Positions 55,956-63,490 of a stretch of 64,000 bases of DNA are shown here, piece after piece; position 1 is the stretch's first letter, and each line of letters starts with the position of its first letter. The position numbers and the translations under genes are program-made. Under the pieces are notes generated by a model that saw only the letters and a list, made by a program, of their open reading frames with translations, did no database searches and was not told the origin of the DNA. This DNA is from Clostridia bacterium (GTDB lineage Bacteria; Bacillota; Clostridia; Oscillospirales; CAG-272): the NCBI GenBank assembly GCA_017536635.1, contig JAFXHA010000060.1:6030-70029 (forward strand), written 5' to 3'.

Positions 55956-56837
55956 TCAGACGTCCTTCTTATCGGTTGACGGTCTGAACTTAGCGTGATC
56001 TGCCGTTGCCTTATCAACGAGCAGAGTGTTCAGCTCCTGCTTGAGTGAGCTGTAAGAGAAGTTTCTCTCAAGATTTCCTTCCTTGGATACCGAGATATTT
56101 CCCGTTTCCTCGGAAACCACGATAACGATAGCGTCGCTTATTTCGGTAAGACCGATCGCAGCTCTGTGTCTCGTTCCAAGATCCTTGTTTATATCGATCT
56201 TCGTGGAAAGCGGCAAAAAGCAGCCTGCCGCGTATATTCTTCTGTCGCGGATTATGACCGCGCCGTCGTGAAGCGGTGCTTTATTGAAGAACAGATTCTT
56301 GAGCATATGGGGAGATATAGTCGCATCAACGAGAACTCCCGAATTGATATAGTCGCCGAGCTTTGTGGAACGCTCGATAACTATAAGCGCGCCCGTTTTA
56401 TCTCTGGAAAGATCGCTGACCGCCGAGCAGATAGCCTCTATATCGGCGTTTATCGAAGCAAGATTATTAGTTTCGGCAACGATATTCTTTATTCCCGCCA
56501 TAGGCGCCTCTCCAACCTTTTCAAGTGCGGATCGGAACTCAGGCTGGAACAGGATAAGCACGACGACAACTCCTATCTGAGTAAAGTTCTTCAAAAGGAA
56601 GTTAAGCGCGTGCATTTCAAAAATATTCGCAAGGAACGAAATAAAAAGAAGCGTTACCAAGCCAACAATGAGCTTACCCGCGCGGTTGTCTCGAACTATC
56701 TTATAGACAAAGAACAGTACGAGCGCAAGCAAAAGAATATCTATAATATCCTTAATTCCAATATTTTTAACTATATCCGTAAAGGAATCAAAAAAGTAGG
56801 TTTTTATCAGATCCCATAATTTTTTTAATGCTTCCAT
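55956..56837 (-). CDS. cdaA: diadenylate cyclase CdaA
   Basis: Start at ATG 56837 (SD AGGAGA). It has three N-terminal TM helices and a DAC domain with DGAVII and GTRHRAAIGLTE. Confidence 0.95.
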   Translation of the reverse strand: MEALKKLWDLIKTYFFDSFTDIVKNIGIKDIIDILLLALVLFFVYKIVRDNRAGKLIVGLVTLLFISFLANIFEMHALNFLLKNFTQIGVVVVLILFQPEFRSALEKVGEAPMAGIKNIVAETNNLASINADIEAICSAVSDLSRDKTGALIVIERSTKLGDYINSGVLVDATISPHMLKNLFFNKAPLHDGAVIIRDRRIYAAGCFLPLSTKIDINKDLGTRHRAAIGLTEISDAIVIVVSEETGNISVSKEGNLERNFSYSSLKQELNTLLVDKATADHAKFRPSTDKKDV

Positions 56838-56884
56838 CCTATCTCCTATCAAGCAAATATAATCAAATTTAATGCAAACAAGTG

Positions 56885-56924
56885 TTATTCAAGTAATTAT
56901 ATCATATTTATTCAAGTAATTCAA
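56885..56924 (-). promoter_or_regulatory. putative cdaA promoter (TTGAAT-17-TATAAT) overlapped by two 14-bp direct repeats
   Basis: Minus strand has -35 at 56919-56924 and -10 at 56896-56901. TTATTCAAGTAATT occurs at 56885-56898 and 56908-56921 (plus-strand reading). Confidence 0.55.
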
Positions 56925-57022
56925 TAATTTTTTCAAACTTTTTAATTAAAAATAATTCTTTAAAGGCTTATTTTTAGGTTTAGTGAAAAAGAAATATTTT
57001 TTATTTTGATTTTTGCGTTTTG

Positions 57023-57052
57023 TTTACAATGTGTTAAAAAATTAAGTATATA
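57023..57052 (+). promoter_or_regulatory. candidate promoter (TTTACA-18-TATATA) for the 57105 operon
   Basis: Read directly within a 252-bp, very AT-rich intergenic region. Alternative -10 registers are possible. Confidence 0.35.
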
Positions 57053-57104
57053 ATTATTTTGTATTGCCTTTTGGCTATCAAATCAAGCTGACAAAGGAGT
57101 CTTT

Positions 57105-57968
57105 ATGGATAAAGCTTCAAACAAGCGCAGATCTATGATGATCTTCGGCGCATCGGTGATTGCCTGCGCGTGTATCGGAGTTCTGCTTCGCACGATCTCA
57201 CTTTTCTTTTTCTATGACGCTGATATAGGATATTTTACAAGAGGCGCGGTGCTTCCCGTTATATTCCACGTATTCATATTGGTTGCGGCGATCGCCTGCG
57301 CGGTGCTCTGCTTTTTCCCAAAAATAACGCTTGAGCCCACCAATTTCGGCGAAAGCAAGACGGCGCAGATGCTCTATGCCTTCCCCGCTCTTACCACGCT
57401 GTACTCTCTTATATTGCAGGTGAATCTTATCGGAGAATATTCCGATCTCGGACAAGTGATCCCAAGGATCGAGCTGTTCATTCTGATATTCAACGCATTG
57501 GCTCTCGTCTATTTCGTGCTGTCGATCTTCGGCGCTCGGATAAACGCAGGGGTATCCGTCGTTCTCGGCGTTTTCTCAATGCTTTGGCTTACGCTTATGC
57601 TGGTAAGCCTCTACTTCGATATGTATATTCAAATAAACTCGCCCAATAAAACCATAATGGCGTTCGCTCTCGTTTCCGCGGTGCTCTTTTTAGCGGGCGA
57701 GATACGGCTTCCGCTCAAGGAGAAAAAAGCCAAAATCCGACTTTTCTCGGCGGCATTTGCAGTCCTATTGCTTTCCACCTCGTCGATCCCCACGCTTATC
57801 GCTCATTTTGCGGGTGCGCTCGGTAGCGGATATACCGCAACAATAGGGGATCTGATATGTCTTACTCTGCTTGCCCCAGTCTGTGCGAGATTTGTAAAGC
57901 TCTGCTTTGCAGAAGCTCCGAGCGTCTCGGATAACGACGCAACACAGCCAGAATCCGACATCGAATAA
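57105..57968 (+). CDS. hypothetical polytopic membrane protein (~7 TM)
   Basis: 287 aa with SD AAGGAG. I recognise no family. Confidence 0.75.
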   Translation: MDKASNKRRSMMIFGASVIACACIGVLLRTISLFFFYDADIGYFTRGAVLPVIFHVFILVAAIACAVLCFFPKITLEPTNFGESKTAQMLYAFPALTTLYSLILQVNLIGEYSDLGQVIPRIELFILIFNALALVYFVLSIFGARINAGVSVVLGVFSMLWLTLMLVSLYFDMYIQINSPNKTIMAFALVSAVLFLAGEIRLPLKEKKAKIRLFSAAFAVLLLSTSSIPTLIAHFAGALGSGYTATIGDLICLTLLAPVCARFVKLCFAEAPSVSDNDATQPESDIE

Positions 57969-57988
57969 AAATCATCCAGGAGATATTT

Positions 57989-58522
57989 ATGAGTGCTCAC
58001 GACAGAATACAATGGTTTCACAAAATGGTGGCGGGCAGCTGCTATCCAAACTCCATTCATCTTGCCGAAAAATTTGATATTTCACACCGTCAGGCACAGA
58101 GAGACGTTGACTTTCTCAAAAGCACGCTCGGCGCGCCGCTGATATATTCCAAGACCAAAAAGGGATATTATTACGAGCAAGCCTTTTCACTGCCGATGAC
58201 CTTTACCAACGAGAACGACTTTGAAATAAACTCGCTCTTTAACGACAGCTATGCGGACACGCAGGTGATACAGATGCAGCTTCCCTACACCGCAACGCTT
58301 GAGATAACAGACAGAATAACGGTTATGAATATGCAGCGCTTTATCGTAGGTGAGGAAACGCGACACAGATACAGATGCGAATTTCCGAGCGTAGAGCTAT
58401 TTCTCGGAATCATAATCTCAACCGGCGCCGACATCAAGATAATCACGCCCGATTGGTTACGCGAAAGGCTTGTTGAAACCGCGGAAAAGATTCTTGAAAA
58501 CAATAAATTCAACGAAGAATAA
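57989..58522 (+). CDS. short HTH transcriptional regulator (DeoR/YafY-type N-terminal wHTH, WCX-like C-terminus, no WYL domain)
   Basis: 177 aa. The HTH region is PNSIHLAEKFDISHRQAQRDVDFLKSTLGAPLIY. The C-terminal ADIKIITPDWLRERLVE resembles the C-terminus of YafY/PafC-type regulators. Confidence 0.7.
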   Translation: MSAHDRIQWFHKMVAGSCYPNSIHLAEKFDISHRQAQRDVDFLKSTLGAPLIYSKTKKGYYYEQAFSLPMTFTNENDFEINSLFNDSYADTQVIQMQLPYTATLEITDRITVMNMQRFIVGEETRHRYRCEFPSVELFLGIIISTGADIKIITPDWLRERLVETAEKILENNKFNEE

Positions 58523-58533
58523 GCATAAAATCC

Positions 58534-58565
58534 AAAAAGAGAGTTCATATGAACTCTCTTTTTTA
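58534..58565. terminator. bidirectional intrinsic terminator
   Basis: Perfect palindrome AAAAAGAGAGTTCAT/ATGAACTCTCTTTTT between convergent genes. Confidence 0.85.
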
Positions 58566-58585
58566 TCTTTATATCGTTTATTGTT

Positions 58586-59404
58586 TTAATCCTGCTCAAG
58601 ATGATTTTTGTAAACAGATCTGTCCTTAGGAGGATGCATATAATCTCCGTAAAGCATCGTGAGCTCCTTATCATATCCCGACGGAATAGGAAATTTTCTT
58701 CCCCTGATCTCGCCGTACACGGTATCGGAAAAGATATCGTTCGGGAAGAACCTTATATCTATCATAGTATAATTGGACGGCAATCTGTATTCACATTCTT
58801 TGTCCGGATGCTTTTTAGCATACTTTGTTGCTGCATTTTCATACATAGATAAGATCTTTTCGCGCTTAAAGGGTTTACCCATAAGCCTCAAAACCCCGGT
58901 AACGACCTTTTGAGTAAACGAATATTGTTCTTTATGGATCTTGTAACGCTTGGACATAGCCATACCGTAAAGCATACGGCACTTAAACATAAGGATCTTC
59001 TGCGCGATCTTTGATGACGGAGCTTTTTCAAAGATAAAGACATCAAGTCCTACCCTATTCTGATAACTCTTATAAGCAAGACTTTCCTCACTTTCCTCGC
59101 GTATCGGCTCATCCATATTCACGATCCTAACGCTGAAATCGTAAAAATATGGTGCAAACGCATCCGGCTCGAGAATACGATAATTTTCGGGAAGATGCTT
59201 TTCCATAGCCGCTTTAAACTTGGGATAGTCCTCACGCATCACCTTAAGATCAATATCATCGTCCCACGGAATAATATTTTTTTCTCGAACCGCGCCTATC
59301 TCGGTGCCGCTATCAAGAAAATATCTTACGCCTTCCTTAGTACAGATATCATCGACAAGGCAAAGAACATCGAACAGCTTAGCTTGCAATTCTTCAAGTG
59401 TCAT
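58586..59404 (-). CDS. LicD-family phosphotransferase
   Basis: 272 aa with YFLDSGTEIGAVREKNIIPWDDDIDLKV (LicD nucleotidyltransferase-fold motif). Confidence 0.85.
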   Translation of the reverse strand: MTLEELQAKLFDVLCLVDDICTKEGVRYFLDSGTEIGAVREKNIIPWDDDIDLKVMREDYPKFKAAMEKHLPENYRILEPDAFAPYFYDFSVRIVNMDEPIREESEESLAYKSYQNRVGLDVFIFEKAPSSKIAQKILMFKCRMLYGMAMSKRYKIHKEQYSFTQKVVTGVLRLMGKPFKREKILSMYENAATKYAKKHPDKECEYRLPSNYTMIDIRFFPNDIFSDTVYGEIRGRKFPIPSGYDKELTMLYGDYMHPPKDRSVYKNHLEQD

Positions 59405-59420
59405 AACAATCTCCTAATAA

Positions 59421-60665
59421 TCAGTTAGTATTTTGTTTTTTATTTTTTATCTTAGTTGAAATTACCGAAAAATATCCAAGCGCTATCGAGGTAAAGAATC
59501 TTATAAAGCAGGTTATAAGAAGTCCTGTACAGAATGCGCTAAAGCCGTACATCGCGGCAAGCGGGATACATATAGCGCAGAACGCAAGCGCGTAAGCGAC
59601 GTTGACGTATATCTGATATCTCGACTTTGCAAAGCGCAGGAGCACAACGGTGGTAACGTTTGCCGCAAAGTAGAATATCTGCGCAAGGTTCGTAACCACA
59701 AAATATTGCTTGACCGTTTCAAATTGATCGGGATAAAGTATCGGGATTATGATATACGAGCCAACCGTGCACGCCACGGTAGCAAGCGCTATCACTGCCA
59801 ATGCCGCGACGGTGATTACGGTCATAAGCTTGAAGCGGAGCTCGCCCTTATATTTTGCAAGGTATCCGACTATAACTCCGTTGAGCGGCGTAGTGATAAG
59901 AGCCACGGTTTTTCCAAGAAGACTTGCGAGATAATAATTTGTAACGGCGGTCTCGTCTATAACTGCCTTTAGTGCTATTCTGTCAGCATTGAAAATGAGC
60001 GTGGATATTGCCTCTGCCGCAAAGAGCAGAACGCTTATCTTTATTACCGCGCGCATCTCGGCGCTATCCGTTTTTCCGTCGGGCTTGAATATCCTTCCTC
60101 GCAAGAGCACGAACGAAAGTCCGAAGCACTCGCCCACAAGCAGCGTCAGCGGCCAGAGTCCTGTCAGATAAAACAGACCTATGCCTATTCCGTAGCCTAT
60201 ACTGATAAACAGATAGTAAAGGAAATAGCTCTTGTAATTAAGAAACAGCTTGTACTCAACGTCGGCGTAATATCTCCACATCGTTGCGCACATAACGAAG
60301 CCGAAAAGCAGCTTTTCAAGCAGCGTCATCTCAACTCCGCCGAAAAATCCTATCAGCATCGCCACACCGAAGGATATGACCGATGCGCCCGTCAATACAA
60401 GCATATAAACGGTATTTTTCGTCTCGCCCTTATTGCTCGCGGTAATACGCGCGTAATTTACGCTGATGCCAATAGACACGGCAAATATATTCATGAGCGC
60501 AAGCAGATACAGAATATTTCCAAGTCCGTCCTCGCCGAGCTTTTTCTCCCAGAAAGGATAGATCATAAACTGAAGCGTAACGTTCATAAGAACAAGTCCC
60601 GAAACGCTCCATATCATATCAGTAAATATTTTCTTTTTGCTTCCGATTTGTTCGGTATTCGACAT
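59421..60665 (-). CDS. Wzx-like oligosaccharide/polysaccharide flippase (MOP superfamily)
   Basis: 414 aa with about 12 TM helices, directly upstream of licD-like in the same orientation. Confidence 0.75.
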   Translation of the reverse strand: MSNTEQIGSKKKIFTDMIWSVSGLVLMNVTLQFMIYPFWEKKLGEDGLGNILYLLALMNIFAVSIGISVNYARITASNKGETKNTVYMLVLTGASVISFGVAMLIGFFGGVEMTLLEKLLFGFVMCATMWRYYADVEYKLFLNYKSYFLYYLFISIGYGIGIGLFYLTGLWPLTLLVGECFGLSFVLLRGRIFKPDGKTDSAEMRAVIKISVLLFAAEAISTLIFNADRIALKAVIDETAVTNYYLASLLGKTVALITTPLNGVIVGYLAKYKGELRFKLMTVITVAALAVIALATVACTVGSYIIIPILYPDQFETVKQYFVVTNLAQIFYFAANVTTVVLLRFAKSRYQIYVNVAYALAFCAICIPLAAMYGFSAFCTGLLITCFIRFFTSIALGYFSVISTKIKNKKQNTN

Positions 60666-60739
60666 TGACTGTGTACCGGCCTTTCGTTTCAGTTGTCAGT
60701 TAATTATATCACTAAGCATATTTTTTGTCAAGGCTTAGG

Positions 60740-61642
60740 TCATTTTAGCCCGTCAGCTATTTCAAGTATCCTTGTCAGGCGCTGATTAAGTCCCGATTTG
60801 GTAATACTCGGCACGTGCAGAAGCGCCAGCTCTGCGAGCGTTGCGGAATTGTACTGAAGCCTCAGCTCCGCAGTATACCGCAGGCTATCCGAAAGCTTGT
60901 CCAGACGACCGCTGTCGCGCAAAAATTCTATTGCCTCGACCTGTCGGCGAGTTGCCTCAACGGAGCGTGAAATATTGCGCGTAACGCAGTTGGTTGCTCT
61001 GTTTTCATTATTGCGTATCTCGCGCTCGATGCTTATGTCGGTCATATAAAACTTCGCACCCGATGCACCCATCATATACAGCAGGTCGGAAATGCGCTCG
61101 CCGCTCTTGTAATAAAGCCCTATTCCCTTTTTTCGCGCTATCGCCTTGGGCTTATCAAATTCTTCGGCAAGAAACGTACAAAGCCTGTCGGCGCGCTTTT
61201 GTCCTGTTATCGAAAATTCAAGATGATAGCTTTTTCTTGGATCGTTGACCGTGGCAGAAGACAAAAACAGTCCTCGCATAAACTCAGCTCGGCAAACCTC
61301 GCACCGAAATCCGAGAATATCCTCTAAGCTTTCTTGCGTATCCGAATCCAGAGCATCAAACGTCGATATAATCGACTTTGAAGAGGTCGAAACGTAATAA
61401 TATTTTCTTCCGCAGCGCGCAACGTCCTCTACCTGCGCCTCTTTATCCGAGAATCTGGTTGCAAGAATATCTCTTGCAAGATGCGCTGAATCCACGTATG
61501 TAAACGAAGCGCTGAGCCCCCCGTCCTCATTCGGCTGACAGCCGTACATTAGTCCGCAAAGCAAGGCTCGGTAACAGCAGCTTTTTCTTTGCTTGGGTTG
61601 CAAGGGCACAAGCTCGCTTGCGACGTCCGATGTAAACGACAT
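60740..61642 (-). CDS. whiA: DNA-binding protein WhiA
   Basis: 300 aa starting MSFTSDVASEL, with degenerate LAGLIDADG domains and a C-terminal HTH ELALLHVPSITKSGLNQRL. Confidence 0.92.
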   Translation of the reverse strand: MSFTSDVASELVPLQPKQRKSCCYRALLCGLMYGCQPNEDGGLSASFTYVDSAHLARDILATRFSDKEAQVEDVARCGRKYYYVSTSSKSIISTFDALDSDTQESLEDILGFRCEVCRAEFMRGLFLSSATVNDPRKSYHLEFSITGQKRADRLCTFLAEEFDKPKAIARKKGIGLYYKSGERISDLLYMMGASGAKFYMTDISIEREIRNNENRATNCVTRNISRSVEATRRQVEAIEFLRDSGRLDKLSDSLRYTAELRLQYNSATLAELALLHVPSITKSGLNQRLTRILEIADGLK

Positions 61643-61696
61643 TTTTTAACTCCTTAAATCCAAAATGTTATGTAATGTTTTATCGCTGAATATCGA

Positions 61697-62593
61697 CTAT
61701 TTTATAACTCTTACCTCGCGGCAAAGCTCCACGCCGAATTCCTTGAGCACGGCACCTTTCACAAGCTCCTCAAGACGCATAACGTCGTCAAACGAAGCAT
61801 TGCCGAGATTAACCACGAAGCCGGCGTGCTTTTCCGATACGGCGGCATCGCCGACTCTAGTACCCTTGAGCCCAAGATCATCTATAAGCTTTGCGGCAAA
61901 ATATCCCTCGGGGCGCTTGAAATAGCTACCTGCGCTCGGATAATTCAGCGGCTGCTTTTTACGGCGCTCCTCGAGCAGCTCCGAGTTTTTCGCCTTGATA
62001 TCTTCGGCATCTCCCTCCTTCAAGACAAGGCTTGCCGAAATGCAGACAAGATCGGCTTTTTCCATATAAACGCTATGGCGGTAGTCAAATCTATGCTCGG
62101 TAAGATCTAAGGTTTTTCCCGTTTTTCTGTCATATGCCCTGCTTGATACAAGCACGTCGGAAACACATCCGCCGTAAGCGCCTGCGTTCATATATACCGC
62201 TCCTCCGATGCTCCCAGGGATCCCGCAGGCAAATTCAAGTCCTGACAGTCCTTTTTCGGCACAGGTGTGGGAAAGAGCGGCAAGAGATACGCCGCAATCG
62301 GCGCGAACAGACCTGCCATCTATCTCAAAAGAATTCATTTTGCCCGTAAATACCATCGCCATATCCAGCGAGCCGTCTCCAAAAAGTATATTAGAGCCGC
62401 GACCTATGATCTCGGTACGTACTCCTGCGCCGTCAAGCGCTTCAAGCGCACCGACAAGCTCATTCTCGCTCCTTGGAAATACCGCTATCGCGCAGCTTCC
62501 GCCTATCCGAAAGGACGACGCGCTCTTGAGAGCGTAGTCTCTTGAATATTCTATTTTTTTATCGTCAAGAAACGTAGCGATAGCTTTTATCAT
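61697..62593 (-). CDS. murB: UDP-N-acetylenolpyruvoylglucosamine reductase
   Basis: 298 aa with FAD-binding motifs SFRIGG and IIGRGSNILF, plus C-terminal motifs PSAGSYFKRP and GNASFDDV. Confidence 0.95.
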   Translation of the reverse strand: MIKAIATFLDDKKIEYSRDYALKSASSFRIGGSCAIAVFPRSENELVGALEALDGAGVRTEIIGRGSNILFGDGSLDMAMVFTGKMNSFEIDGRSVRADCGVSLAALSHTCAEKGLSGLEFACGIPGSIGGAVYMNAGAYGGCVSDVLVSSRAYDRKTGKTLDLTEHRFDYRHSVYMEKADLVCISASLVLKEGDAEDIKAKNSELLEERRKKQPLNYPSAGSYFKRPEGYFAAKLIDDLGLKGTRVGDAAVSEKHAGFVVNLGNASFDDVMRLEELVKGAVLKEFGVELCREVRVIK

Positions 62594-62602
62594 AATTACT
62601 GT

Positions 62603-63295
62603 TTACTCTCCGTCGGTAACAAAATCGTATATATCGTCAAAATCGTAAGACACGTGTGTCAGCGACATATCTGCGGGCAATTCCTTTCTGCGCGGATTAT
62701 ACCAGCAGGTATCTATCCCAAAATTCAGTCCGCCTCGCATATCCGAGGTCAACGAATCGCCGATAATAACGGCGCTTCCCTTTGAAAAATCGGGAATCTT
62801 CTTTTCTATATGCTCAAAATATCTGACGTCGGGCTTTTCATAACCAACGCGTCCGGAAATAAATATATCGTCGAAATATTTTTCAAGCCCGCATCTTGCA
62901 TATCTGCCAAGCTGAATAGTCTCTATGCCGTTGGTTACTATATACATTCGCGCCTTGCCGTAAAGCCTTTCACAAAGCTCCTTTGCGCCGTCGAGAAGAT
63001 ACCCCTTTTGCGAGAGATTGCCCTCGTAGGTATTCGCCATATTGCGAGCGTCATAAGACATTCCGTAATGAGCAAAGAAAAGCTCAAATCGGCGATAACG
63101 CAAGACCTCTTTGGTTACCTCTCCCCTCTCAAGCGCCTTCCAGAGCGAATCGTTTATTCTGCTGTACGTGCTGACCATTTCATCGTCAGGCTTTATTCCC
63201 ACCGACACGAGCGACTCACGCAGAGCCTCGTTCTCCGCTCTGCCAAAATCAAGAAGCGTGCCGTCAGCATCAAAAAGTATGATCCCGTATCTCAT
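62603..63295 (-). CDS. HAD-superfamily hydrolase (YjjG-like)
   Basis: Start at ATG 63295 (SD GGAGAA). Motif I is ILFDADGTLLDF; a later motif is IIGDSLTSDMRGG. Confidence 0.85.
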   Translation of the reverse strand: MRYGIILFDADGTLLDFGRAENEALRESLVSVGIKPDDEMVSTYSRINDSLWKALERGEVTKEVLRYRRFELFFAHYGMSYDARNMANTYEGNLSQKGYLLDGAKELCERLYGKARMYIVTNGIETIQLGRYARCGLEKYFDDIFISGRVGYEKPDVRYFEHIEKKIPDFSKGSAVIIGDSLTSDMRGGLNFGIDTCWYNPRRKELPADMSLTHVSYDFDDIYDFVTDGE

Positions 63296-63407
63296 ATATA
63301 TTCTCCGAATCCATTTGATATTTATCAAAAACCTATAATATATTATACTATATATTTTTCTCTTTTTCAATATCAATTAAAAATTTAATCAAATCAAAAT
63401 TTTGCTC

Positions 63408-63436
63408 TTGAAAAAATCAAAAAAATGAGTTATAAT
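63408..63436 (+). promoter_or_regulatory. sigma-A promoter of coaE (TTGAAA-17-TATAAT)
   Basis: TTGAAA at 63408-63413 and TATAAT at 63431-63436. Confidence 0.65.
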
Positions 63437-63490
63437 ATAGAGTGGTTTATTGTTTATTCCAATAATGGTAAAAATTTTGGGGGAAAGGGT

